Shown in pieces: positions 14,351 to 29,026 of a stretch of DNA of 64,000 nt; the stretch's first letter is position 1; the number at the start of each line of letters is the position of its first letter. This DNA is from the human T2T-CHM13v2.0 reference genome, Homo sapiens, in NCBI RefSeq assembly GCF_009914755.1, contig NC_060933.1. One strand, 5' to 3'. The notes below the pieces were generated by a model. It made no database searches, was not told where the DNA came from, and worked only from the letters and a program-made list of their open reading frames with translations. Both the position numbers and the translations under genes were made by a program.

Positions 14351-14570
14351 CCACAGCCACGCCAGGCACCCTACCCCAGCCCCAACCACAGCCACACCGG
14401 GCACCCTACCCCAGCCCCAACCACAGCCACGCCGGGCACCCTACCCCAGTCCCAACCACAGCCACGCCGGGCACCCTACCCCAGTCCCAACCACAGCCAC
14501 GCCGGGCACCCTACCCCAGTCCCAACCACAGCCACGCCGGGCACCCTACCCCAGCCCCAACCACAGCTAC
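14351..14570. repeat. Minisatellite, 35-bp unit x ~6.3 (CCACAGCCACGCCGGGCACCCTACCCCAGYCCCAA)
   Basis: Units start at 14351, 14386, 14421, 14456, 14491, 14526 and 14561. Confidence 0.95.
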
Positions 14571-15130
14571 AGGAGCAGGCTCCGCGGCGGTGGCGTCAGC
14601 CCTCGGAACTCCCTGCAGCTCTCAGGAAGGGGCAGGCCAGGTGCGTTGTCCTGGAGCTGCCTGCCAGTTCCCCCTGCCTCGTTTGGTCTGGGCGTAGCTG
14701 CCCAAGGCCCTGCAGGGAATCAGCGAAGGCCCAGGTGACAGATTCCCTGCATCTGCAGGGGCAGAGCCAGTCCTGGCCCGAGGCCTGGAGTGAGGCCACC
14801 CCAGCCTGCCCTGGCTCTTGCCATGGCCCTGAGAGTTCCCTGGAGGAGCCCCAGCTGCCCTGGGTGGTGGCAGCTAAGGACAAGGCCATCCTGCCCACGG
14901 TCTCCCCGACCCCTGCCTCGACTTAGCTCCCTGGGCAGATGTGGCCAGAGCCCCCAGCCCCCGTATGGTGTCAGCGCCTGGCTGGGCAGGCCAAGCAGGG
15001 TCTCCTGGCAAAGGGGGCTCCAAGTGTGACTGAGGTGGGGTGTGCCGCTCTCATCCACTGCACCCCCAGGTGGCCTGGACCCAACCCGAAACTCAACAAG
15101 CAGCAGCCTGGCCGTGGTGCCTCAAGCCAG

Positions 15131-15144
15131 CCACTAGAGGGTGC
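15131..15144 (+). promoter_or_regulatory. Candidate CTCF core motif CCACTAGAGGGTGC
   Basis: One mismatch to the CCASYAGRKGGCRS consensus; motif match only. Confidence 0.45.
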
Positions 15145-15190
15145 AGTTGAGCTGTCAGCCTGCCTGGAGGGGCGAGGTGGTGGGGGTGAG

Positions 15191-15197
15191 TGTGCAG

Positions 15198-15236
<39 letters not shown>

Positions 15237-15572
15237 CGCCTGTGTGTGGGCGTGTTGTGTGCATGTGTGCATATGTGTGCACTGTGTATATGTGCCATGT
15301 GTATGCGTGCATGTGTCCGTGTGTGTATATGTGTGCGTGTGCATGTGTGCCATGTATGCATATGTGTGCATGTTCATGTGTGCGGGGGGGTGTGCACCTG
15401 TGTGTGGGCGTGTTGTGTGCATGTGTGCACTGTGCATATGTGCTGTGTGTGTGCATGCATATGTCTGCATGCATGTGTGTGTGCCATGTATGCATATGTG
15501 TGCATGTTTATGTGGGGGGGTGTGCATGTTGCTGTGCATGTATATATGGGTGCATGTGTGCCTGTGTGTGTG
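15191..15572. repeat. (TG)n/(CG)n microsatellite followed by TG/CA low-complexity tract
   Basis: A (TG) run directly followed by a (CG) run at ~15199-15238, then degenerate tgtgca/tgcatg repeats. Confidence 0.95.
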
Positions 15573-16082
15573 AATGACTCAGGGCCTCGGGGCCTGAGAT
15601 TGCTGCTTCTGATCCACAAACCCTGCAGGGGGCCATGCGAGAGCCTGGGCTGGGAGCAGGAGCTGGCCTACAGGGGTGGGGGATGCCTGGAGCTCTAAGG
15701 ACCCTGATAGCTCAGGCCAGCACCTCCAGAGAGGGGCACTGGAAATGGGCCGTAAAGGATGACTAAGAGTTCTCTAGGCAGCAGGAGGGAGGAGGTTGGA
15801 GGGCGGCACCGAGGCATTCTGACTCCCAGGCCCCTATGGGTGTGCTGGGAAACCCAGCTTGAAAAGCACAGCTCTGGTTCAACCCCCTGCAGCAGGAGAC
15901 GCTCAGGTGCAGAGAGAGGAGTGGATGAGCATCTAGTCACTGGTCCTGCTCACTGAAAAAGCAGCATCAGGCCCCACACAGTCAGTCCCTGGGGACTCCA
16001 GGGTTCTCGGAACATGGTCCCCCACCCTGCCCACAAGGCCTCCCTCCGTTACTCTCCAGCAGCCCCGGAAAGGGACAGCCGC

Positions 16083-16495
16083 TGTAGGAGGGTCCTGGGG
16101 CTGCTGGAACAAGGCCCTGCAAACCAGGGTTCTTAAAACAATAGAAACGCATCCTCCCCTGTCTGGAGGCCAAAAACCCTAAGCCAAGGCCCTGGCTGGC
16201 TTGGCTGCTTTCAAGGCTCCGAAGGGGGGGTCTGTCCCAGCTTTCATGGCACTCCCTGGCCTGTGGTTGCATCACTCCAATCCCTGCCTCTGTCCTACGT
16301 GGCCTCTTCTCTGTGTCCTCTTCTCTTCTTATACAGATACCAGTCGTTGAATTCAGGGTCCACTCTAAATCCAGGATGATCTCATCTTGAGATTCTTAAC
16401 TAATGATATTTGCAAAGAGTCTGCTTCCAAATAAAGCCACATTTGGAGGCTACAGGTAGACATGAGTTTTGGGGTCCCCTACTCAACTCACTGCA
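16083..16495 (-). mobile_element. MLT1 (MLT1B/C-like) solo LTR
   Basis: cttaaaacaatagaaac...ctaaatccaggatgatctcatcttgagattcttaact...ttccaaataa. Confidence 0.75.
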
Positions 16496-17334
16496 CCCAC
16501 GAAGAGGTTATAGGCATTCGCTAGGACAGGGCATGTCCTCGTCACCCTGCCCGGCCTCAACAGTCCCACCCTGTCCTTGCCCAGGGCAGGCCAAACCCAT
16601 CTTCACCACACAAGTCTCCCATGAGCTTTGGCCTCAGCCTCTCAGCCAAGGTCTCAGGCCTCGTGACCTCAGAGGGGGGTCAGTTCCAAGTGTCCCGGCA
16701 TGCAGAATGGGAATGGGATCGGGGGCCAGGGGGCAGGAAGGTGGCTACACCCCCACCCTCCAGGAGCCAAGGCATTGGGAGCTTGTGAAATGTGAGTGAT
16801 CCCAAGGTTAATTAATTATTACATTAAAAATGCGCCCGTTAAGGGGCCCCGCAAACAGGAAAGTATTAATCACCCATTTCCTCAGACTGACAAGTGCATT
16901 TCCCTAAATTCCTTGGCTGCTGACTTAACCAAATGATAATCTCCCTGCTGCTGCCATTTCCCATGAAGTCACAGCTCATGAATATTCTAGCATCACAATT
17001 TGCTCTTTAAAAGGACGGACTTATTATTTCATTTTTAAGTTTGCTGTCATGAATAGTAATTTTCCAGCCCCTAAATAATGAAATGGCGGTGACCACTCTG
17101 GCCAGCCGGGACCCAGGAACTCAATGACACAACGGGGCTAGTCCCTGCCATGTGGGGGACGGGGGATGCCAGGTCGCCCTGCACCAGTTCCCAACTGCAG
17201 TCAGCCCATGGAAATAGCAGTTAATGGGTGGCCCTCCGCTTGGCACTTAACGGTTTATAAGCTGGTCCCCCTCCAGTTCCTATGTCTTTGCAGCCACTCT
17301 GTTCATTGGGCCACAGCAGTTTTGCCATAGGTAA

Positions 17335-17470
17335 CTGAGGTTGGGAAGCACAGCCATGGAGTCAGACAGATGCCAAGTTCAAATCCTGACACTGCTGTTT
17401 GCCTGCTGTGTGATCTTGGGCAATCACTTAACTTCTCTGGGCCTTGATGTCCTCATCTGTACAATGGCAT
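17335..17470. mobile_element. MIR SINE
   Basis: ggagtcagacag...gttcaaatcctg...tgtgtgatcttgggcaatcacttaacttctctgggcct...ctcatctgtacaatgg is the MIR core. Confidence 0.8.
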
Positions 17471-19458
17471 TGCAAACCAGGATTGGACCCCACACTCACC
17501 CAGTGCCAGGGCTGGTGTTTCTTCACCCTCTCTGCTGCCTCAGATCTAGAGAGACCAAGGACCAGGCCCCACTGGCCTGAAGTTTAGATCTTCTATTTTG
17601 ATGGAACAGAAATGATGGCACCAAGGGCTGGACTGAGGAACAGCCACTACAGCTTCCCTGGGAGCAGCTTCCCAGGGTGGTTTCTATTACTTAATGCAAT
17701 TCCAGGCTCTCCCAAGTGCCCAGGAAGCCGTGGCAGCTCACTGCACACATGTTTAAGTGGAAAATCCGATTTCACAACTCCTTTCCATAATTGTTCATGT
17801 GAGTAGGAGCTCCTCTTGATGCCCCCTTTCCAGAGATGGGTGGTGGCAAGTGGGAAGGGCCCTCCTCATGCCGTCCCTCCTCTGGGACTTGGCACCATCA
17901 CCATGGCTGGCCTCCTTGTGCCCCGGCTGTTGCCAGAGGGAGCTTCCCTCCTGAAACCCCAAAGGGTCCCACCATGTCAGCCTCTCAGGATGGGAGCACC
18001 ACCCCAGCTGGCCCCCAAGAAGACCGGCTCCGGGCCGCTCTGGGCTTCCATGCTTTTTGCACCCACAAAGCTTCTCCCCAGGCATCTACAGCCCAGCCCC
18101 TTCAGCCTGGCCCTCTCCCCTTCCCCCATCACCTGGCAGGAAGCCCCCACCAGGCTGGAGTTAGGACCCCCATGTCGTGGTCCCCCACATGCAGGTCCTC
18201 TGGGATCAGCGCATTGAGCACCCCAGATCCCCTTGTCTACCTCTGCCCTTTCTTGCCCTTGACAGAACAAGTCCAGGTCTTACCATTTCCCACACTGCGC
18301 TTGCCTGGGTGCAGGTAACAGCTCTGTCTGCATTTGCGCTGGATTTCTCTGAGTGAGTGAATGAATGAATGAACTCCTATCGGAGGGGCCAGCGATGCAA
18401 ATTTCCCCTGAAAATGATAAACTGTTTATGGAGGGTGAGCCACTCACAGATGGCTCTGTGAATTATATTTTAATTTGCATGGCCTCCATCACAACTCACT
18501 TTTCAGAGCAATGGTAAGAAATGTGACTTCGATGGTAGGGACCCACAGGGCGACTCCCAGCAACCAGGGTATTGTCATGCAGGTCCCGGGGTTGGAGTAA
18601 ACCTCCAGCATGCAATTAGTTGACAGCACTGTGTGAAAGTAAAGCATCGGCAACCCTTGGGTGAACGCTGTTGACTCAGGACCAGGGTTTTACTGTAACC
18701 AGATGTCTTTACCATCCCCGGGAATCATGTCACAGCGTCTGAGCGGGCCTACTTTCCGGAAGTCTGCGTGCTCTGGGCTGAAATGGCATTCGTGGAACTT
18801 GCAGTAATTTGTCACAGGGGCCTGGGGTGGAGGATGCTGGGGGGCAGGGCTGTCTCACACGAGTGATGTTTGGCGTCCTAGTTCCCGGGCACTAAACGCC
18901 AATAGGGCAACTCCTTGCCTCCCTGTGACAAGAACAACAACAGACTCTCCTGGAGGGGAGGGGATGACATCACCCCAGCTGAGAATTTGGTACCAGGGGG
19001 TTGCAGGCCAGGGGCACTCAAGAAAAGAAAAGAAACCGGAGCTTCTGTCCTCCCTGTGCTGGCTTCGCCTGGGCCCTTCCTGCTCTGGCTAGGCTGGGAA
19101 ACCCTGGGCCCCAGAAAGCCCTCGTGGGGTGGGGTTAAGGGGCCCAGAGAGGGCAGGAGCTTTCTCAAGGCCATGGGGGTGGGCAGTGCAGAGAAGGGTG
19201 GGACCTGGGCCTCCGAAGCCCCTTCTGGGGCACTGTTGCCTGCTGGGACCTTTCACTGCATCCCTCCCTCTCTTCTGGGCCGGGGCACCCCTCAAGTGCA
19301 CAGCCTCCACGAGGAACATCCGCCTGGCCAGGGGAGTGCTACGAGCATCAGGCCAGAGGGGCAGGGTTCTGGGAAGTCTCCCCAAGCACCTTCCCTGCTT
19401 CAGCCAGAGGAAAAGAGCAGGCAGGGAGCCCACAGAGGCTGCTAGGACCTCCTGCTCC

Positions 19459-19612
19459 TGCACCCAGGTCCAGAGGCACCGCCCAGGCAATCCAGGTGTG
19501 GTGGTGTCCCTCTCCAAGGTGCTGAAACGCCCCTATGCACCCAGGTCTAGAGGCACCGCCCAGGCAATCCAGGTGTGGCGGTGTCCCTCTCCAAGGTGCT
19601 GAAACGCCCCTA
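19459..19612. repeat. 77-bp direct tandem duplication (2 copies), each containing an RE1/NRSE-like site
   Basis: tgcacccaggtc starts at 19459 and 19536; the copies differ at about 2 positions. TTCAGCACCTTGGAGAGGGAC lies on the - strand at 19506-19526 and 19583-19603. Confidence 0.9.
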
Positions 19613-19729
19613 GCCTGGCCACGCTCCAGGCTGGAGTCCTTTCAGCCACAGGCCGCTATGAATTCCTGTCTCACCAACACTCCCCGGACACGCCAGGGCC
19701 CTTCACCAACACTCCTCACCATCCACATC

Positions 19730-20660
<931 letters not shown>

Positions 20661-21710
20661 CTTGAATTTTGTTGTTGTTGTTGTTACTTTCTGGTTTGGG
20701 TCGTGCACCGTCTTAACTGGTGCGTCATCACCTTCTTTTCTGACTGTGTTTTGCTTTGCTTCGCTTTGGGTTTTTGCAGAGGGAGCTGCTACAGGCAGGC
20801 AAGATGGTGGTGGAGAGCACAGTTTTGGAGCCAAATAGAGCTGGACCCAAAGCGTTGCCTCACCGCTCAGCCACACGTGACCTGAGACCGTCCTCAGAGG
20901 GAAGGAGGAAATGCATGTGGGGTGTGGAGCAGAGTGCAGAAGGAAACACAGGGCAGCTGTTTTCATCATCCTCGTGGCAGGCAGGACTTTGTGTTGAAGG
21001 GAGGACTTTAACACGGAGGGCTGTGCACACAGGTGACTGTCCCACCTGGCTCACTCAGGGGAGGCAGTGGCTGCTGCCTGCAGAGGCTCCTCTTTTTCTC
21101 ACCCACTTGTCAGCTAAGCCGCAGGAGGCCCACCGTCTGCGGTGATGACCTAATGCTTCCAGTTCTGTGATAATGGCCTCTGAAGATGCACAAAATAGCT
21201 GATGTTTGGGCACCCCCGATGCAGGAAGCATTCGGCACCATTTCTGGGAACACGAGACATTTAAGTGACTTCCTTGCTGAATATTTCATGATTTACATTA
21301 ATGGCTTTCTGGTGTTTTTCATAACAAAACTGTCCACATGATGATGGGTTAAAGTGTGGTTATTCCACCCACTCTCGCTGTAAAACACCATTCCCCAGCG
21401 CCAGTCCCTGCAGTCCCCCTGCTGGCCTTGTCTCCCTGAGGGCCCCCCTCCTCCTCAACGAGGCTCCCTTCCTCTGGGACAGGTGTTACCCATGCATCCA
21501 GCAGGCACCTGCATGCAGTAGCGGCTCCGACATGGGGATGGAGGCATTTGTGACAGCTCCGTGCCACAAGGGAGGGCCAAGGCCAGGGACCTGCCACACC
21601 AGCCGGCCTGCAAAGTGGCCTGGGGTCTGGGGCTGGAGGGACCCTCCCAAGCCCTGGTCCAGATGTCCCAGTTTTTGAAGCGCATGACTTGCACATATCA
21701 TGACCTTGAT

Positions 21711-22770
<1,060 letters not shown>

Positions 22771-22833
22771 TCCCTCCAAGAAATTTTTAAATACACATTT
22801 CTAAAATTTTTAATTGTGGTGAAGAGCACATAA

Positions 22834-23273
<440 letters not shown>

Positions 23274-23634
23274 CATCTTCACCATTCTCAGGCACACACT
23301 TCAGCGGCATTAAGCACACTCACACTGCTGTGCGAGCATCCCCATCGTCCATCTCCAGAACTTCCCATCTTGCAAAACGAAAACTCTGTCCCCATTAAAC
23401 ACTAACTCCCTGTTCCCACTTCCTGGCCCCTGGCACCCGGCATTCTACTTTCTGTCGCTAGGGGCTTGATGACCCTAGGGACCTCAAATACAGTATTTGT
23501 CCTCTTGACAGGCTCCTTTCCCTTAGCGTAATGTCTTCCAGGTTCATCCATGGACCTCGGAGTATTGTGTAGGCTGGAGTGTGTGCCAGAATTTCCTACC
23601 TTTTTAAAGCTGAATGCCCCCCACGAATTCTTAA

Positions 23635-24390
23635 ATAGCGTGATAATAAGAAATATCTATTCCATCTTTGTCCAGGATTCCTGGCACAGACTCCTAAAAC
23701 CCTTGGAATCCCTGAGTGACAAGCTTGCCTTTGGGATGCCGATGAGATGGCTGGTGGCTGGGAGCCCCTAGACAGCTTCAGGGTGGGGGTGGTATCCTGA
23801 AGGACCAACCACTGGTTAGAGAGTTGGAATCTTCAACCCTACCCCCTGACCCTGGGGAGGGGGAAGGGGCTTGAGGTTGAGTCAGTGCCTAGTGGTTGAT
23901 GGTTTGGTCAGTCATGCCTATTTAATAGAACCCCCATAAAGGCCCCTAAATGATGGGGTCCAGGGAGCTTCCGAACTGATGAGCACATCCGGGTGCTAGG
24001 AACGCGTGCCCAGGGAGGACCCGGAGGCCCTGGCCACCCCACACCTCACCCTGGACATCTCTTCCATCTGGCTGTTCTGGAGCTGATCCTCTGTAATAAA
24101 CTGGTAGCAGTAAGTAAACTGTTTCCTGAGTTTTGTGAGTCATTCTAGCAAATGAGGAGGAGGTTGTGGGAACCCTCGATTTATAGCCGGTCGGTCAGAA
24201 GCAGCGGTGGCCCCAACGGGGGACTGGCAGCTGAGGTGGGGGCAGTCCTGTGGGACTGAGCCTGCCTTTGGGGTCTGCGCAAACTCTGGGTAGTTGGTGT
24301 CGGCATTGAACTGAGTTGTTAAACACCCCGTTTGTGTCTACAGAGGCCTGGAGAATTGGTTGGTGTCGAAAATCCACACATTTGGTGTCA
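23635..24390. mobile_element. MER21-like LTR
   Basis: ataataagaaatat...ttcctggcacagactcctaaaacccttggaat...tgtgggactgagcc...gaattggttggtgt...cacacatttggtgtcag. Confidence 0.75.
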
Positions 24391-25029
24391 GGGTGTGGTG
24401 GTGTACAAACACCCCTGAAGCCCTTTTATGGAGCACCCCAGAGTCTGCTAGTTCCCGGGAAGTCACCGCTAGAGAGGCAGAGGGAGGCAGAGGGAGGCAG
24501 ATGCAGGCACAGGGGCTTCCTACCCAACCCCCGCTCCCCTCTGCGGCCAGCTGGGCCGGGAGGGCGAGGTCCTCCTTGGCTGGAGCATTTCTCTGCACGC
24601 AGCTGTCGTCAGTTCAGTACGACATCACTGAGAGCTGGGAGAACCTGGGCCCCGGGAGGAAGAGGGGTCGCAGAGGGATCTTGCACCTTCTCCCTGGTGC
24701 AGGGTGGGGTGGTGGGCAAAGGTGGGACACAGCGGTGGGGAAACCACCCAGCCAGGGCCCAGGTCACAGGCTCTGGGGCCTCCGTCCCAGCCTCGGGCCC
24801 CTCTCACTCTGCAGTGGGTTGGCGTCCAGCCCCCATGGTGCCTTGGAGCCTCTGAATATTCCATAAGTCAAGTTGTAAAATCATAAAAACCAGAACTATC
24901 CGTGCAGTGCAGGCTGGACTCGAAGAACACAAAATTCACCCTTTCATGGAACGCATAGCCTTTCTGCAGAGTCCTCACATGTGCCGGCTGCTGGCCCTTC
25001 TCAGAAAGCATTTGCTAACTACCTGAGAG

Positions 25030-26165
25030 GAGCCCTGGGACACCCCCATCCCCCTAGGGACCCCCCCAGACCTCCACCCCCAGCAGCCCTGGGACACCCC
25101 CCTAGACCTCCACCCCCAGCAGCCCTGGGACACCCCCCAAGACCTCCACCCCCAGCAGCCCTGGGACACCCACCTAGACCTCCGCCCCCAGCAGCCCTGG
25201 GACACCCCCCAAGACCTCCACCCCCAGCAGCCCTGGGACACCCCCCTAGACCTCCACCCCCAGCAGCCCTGGGACACCCCCCTAGACCTCCACCCCCAGC
25301 AGCCCTGGGACAGCCCCCTAGACCTCCACCCCCAGCAGCCCTGGGACACTCCCCTAGACCTCCACCCCCAGCAGCCCTGGGACACTCCCCTAGACCTCCA
25401 CCCCCAGCAGCCCTGGGACACCCCTAGACCCCCCCACCAGCAGCCCTGGGACACCCCCATTCCCCCTCAGCAGCCCTGGGATGCCCCCTTAAACCTCCAC
25501 CCTCAGCAGCTCTGGGACACCCCCAGACCACCCCAGCCAGCAGCCCTGGGACACCCCCCTAGACCTCCACCTTCAGCAGCCCTGGGACACCCTGCCTGGC
25601 ACACCCCCCCCAGAACCCCTCAGCAGCCCTGGGACACCCCCTATCCCCCTCTCAGCAGCCCTAGGACACCCCCCACCCACCCTCCTCAGCAGCCCTGGAC
25701 ACCCCCATCCCCCATCTCAGCAGCCCTGGACACCCTCCATCCCCTCTTCAGCAGCCCTGCCTGGCACACCCCCCAGAACCTTCAGCAGCCCTAGGACACT
25801 CCCCATCCCCCACCATCCCCCCTGCAGCAGCCCTGGGACAGCCCCCATCCCCCCCACAGCAGCCCTGGACACCCCCCATCCCCTCCTCAGCAGCCCTGGG
25901 ACACCCTCCATCTTCCCCTCAGCAGCCCTGGGACACCCTCAATCCCCCCCAGCAGCCCTGGGACAGCCCCCACCTACCCTCCTCAGCAGCCCTGGGACAC
26001 CCTCCATCTTCCCCTCAGCAGCCCTGGGACACCCTCCATCCCCGCCTCAGCAGCCCTGGGACAGCCTCTATCCCCTCCTCAGCAGCCCTGAGGCAGCCCC
26101 CAATCCCCTGCTCAGTAGCCCTGGGACAGCCCCCATCCCCCCCCCTCAGTAGCCCTGGACACCCT
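25030..26165. repeat. C-rich minisatellite, 36-bp unit (CAGCAGCCCTGGGACACCCCCCTAGACCTCCACCCC), ~30 units
   Basis: Homogeneous to ~25430 (period 36, giving the 12-aa PPRPPPPAALGH ORF periodicity), then degenerate units sharing cagcagccctgg(g)aca. Confidence 0.95.
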
Positions 26166-27466
26166 ATTAGGGCCCCAGCTTCTCTACCTCCCCAGGGGCT
26201 CTCCTCTCAGACCCAGGAGGGCCTGGGGGTAAGTCCAGGTGTTGGGCCTCCCCGGTGTCTACCTCACTCTCTGTGCTTCTCCAGGCATCAGCCCCTCTGC
26301 AGGGACAGGGGACAGGAACCAGCGGAGACGGAACCCCGGGCCGGGGAGTCAGTTCCCCATCCCAATGCGCTGGGCTCTGGGGGCAAACTGCTGTCTCCAC
26401 CTGGACTCCATCTCCTGTCTGTCAACCAGGACTAGCACTTTGCGGGCTTCCAACTCCAGACTGGCACCGGCTTGCAGTTGTCAGGACAGACACCTCCGAG
26501 CCTGAGGGCAGAGGCTCCGGGTGGCTCTGGGTGGGGCGTGACCAGCAGCTCTGACAGCAGAGGTGCATGGGGCAGGGTGTGGCAGCTGGGGTACCTGCCA
26601 CATGTCACTGAACTCTACCAGAGGGAGGCCAGGAAGCCCAGACACCAGAACCACCACAGAGCCCTTTGAAGGCATGACAATCGGGGAGGAAAATGAGTCC
26701 CCAGACACAGGGGCAGAGCCGAGCTGCCGGAAACCAGCAACAGCAGCATGGCCAGGGAGGCTGCCAGCCAAGCCCAGGAAACAGGACCGGGTTGGGGCAG
26801 CAGCCAGGCAGAGAGCCTGGGCCCCTCCCAGGGCCCTCACCCGACTGCCCCCGGGGACGCGGCTGCAGGGAGGAGGAGAGGGGGTGGCCTTCCTTCCTCA
26901 GCCAGACCCTGCCAGAGCCTCCCCCACCCCCTTCCCCTGGACCCCGTCCCCTCCTCTCTCCCACCAGAAGGCTGGCCTGGCACAACGACACCATTTAATT
27001 GTTGGAAACGGGAGCGTGGAATATGAACCACGAGGACACTGGATTTCAATCTGGCTTCAGGATCCAGGCACACAGCGTTTTGAGCCCGGTCCCCATCTGT
27101 GGCATGGGCCTCCTGCTAGGGCGTCTGGGAGAACCTAGACCCTGGGGGCCAGCAGGGACTCAGCTGCAGGCGGTGGTGGCCTGTCCCAACCTTGGGCTAT
27201 GTGGAGGGCAGTCCTGGGTCTGCAGACCACCCCAGGCAGGGGTAGACATACCTGCCCTTCCTCCAGGGACACCCAGGGAGGCCCGGCACCCAGGGAACAC
27301 CCATGGCTGAACCAGCACAGCCGGAGCCTCCCAGCAGGCAATGCAGGACCACGGCCCTCACTGCCTCCTCCTCTGGCCCCAAAGCCCAGCTAGTGATGGG
27401 GGTCATCCCCATCTCCATCTCCACGGCCGGCCCCCGTGCTGAGTTCACGGCCAGCCCCCGTGCTGA

Positions 27467-27873
<407 letters not shown>

Positions 27874-29026
27874 TGAGGACTGTCCCGGTCACACAGTCCC
27901 TGTGTCATGGAGGCAGGACACGCACCTGGGTCCCGCACCCCTCTTTAGACAGCATATGGGGCAACCCAGCAAGGCTGGGAAGAGGAGTGGGCTGCAGACT
28001 CGGGGAGAGTGCTGGGGGGGGGTTCCCTAGAGCTGTGGGTGGCCTCACTCCCACAGTGGCTGCAGCACCTGCCCACCTGGCTGTGCCGGCCACTGGGACC
28101 CCACCTCTGGCTGGCAGCACAAGCTCTAGGTAGTCACCACTCCTGCTAAGAGATGGGGAAACTGAGGCACAGAGAAGGCTGGTGACTGGCTGCGCTGGGT
28201 GGTTCCTGGAAATTAATCGGCTCCCTCCTCCCACCTCTACCCCTATCCCCATCCCTCCAGCAAGACCAGAACTTCCCAGAGGAGCAGGGTCTGAGAGGTG
28301 CCCCCTCAGTCAGCTGACTTTGCTGTGCAGGGCCCCCCAGCACAGTTTTGGGGCTCAGGTTGGGGGTGGTCCCTGAGCCTAGTGCCTCATTCCCATTCCT
28401 CCTCTGGCCTCTCCCCTCCCCCCATGGCCAGGCTGGCATCAGCGGCCTGGGCACCATGGCTAGGCCTGGACACACGAGCTGCATTCAGATCTGGTCCCTG
28501 ACGAGGAGGCGGCGGGAACACAGCGTTCTCTTGGTGCCTGGCCAGACAGCCTGGCCCCTACCCTCCTCCGCTCAGGCACTTTCAGCAGTGGCAGCGGAGT
28601 CTCAGGCCCTGCCCACTCCCAGACACACACTGTCTGCAGCCCAGGGCCCGTGGGTGCCCCCTGCCAGGCTGAGGGACAGTGACACAGGTGAGGGAGGTAA
28701 TGGGGGAGCCCTGCTGCCCTGGGAGAGGGGACGAGGACCCCACAGGGGCCAGGCCTGGCCACCACTCGCCCCAGGCTGGGAAACCAGGACATGACCCTCC
28801 CCCACCCTGCTCGCAGGTTGTCGCAGGACACGTGTTCGTGTCCAGGTGCGCTGGGAAGGGTCCTGGCGGTGCTCCTCTCAGCGCAGGTCCCGAGGAGCTA
28901 CAGGCATGACGCTGCCTTCAGAACTCCCCCGAGCCTGCTCCTTCCCAGCCTTGGCTCGTGAGGCTCCTCCGAGGACCACGGGCCTTCCACGGCGTAGCCC
29001 TGCCACGAAGCCTCCCCATGTCTTGC

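Noticed and set aside
14149-15698. Long ORFs with PQPQ or CVCV/HTHT repeats
   Set aside because: Translations of the 35-bp VNTR and the TG microsatellite.
24975-25460. Proline-rich and GVSQGCWGWRSR repeat ORFs
   Set aside because: Artefact of a 36-bp (multiple of 3) VNTR; no splice or promoter support.
25440-26165. RE1-like TCAGCAGCCCTGGGACAG words in the 36-bp VNTR
   Set aside because: The left half lacks CAGCACC and the spacing is wrong, unlike the matches at 19506 and 19583.
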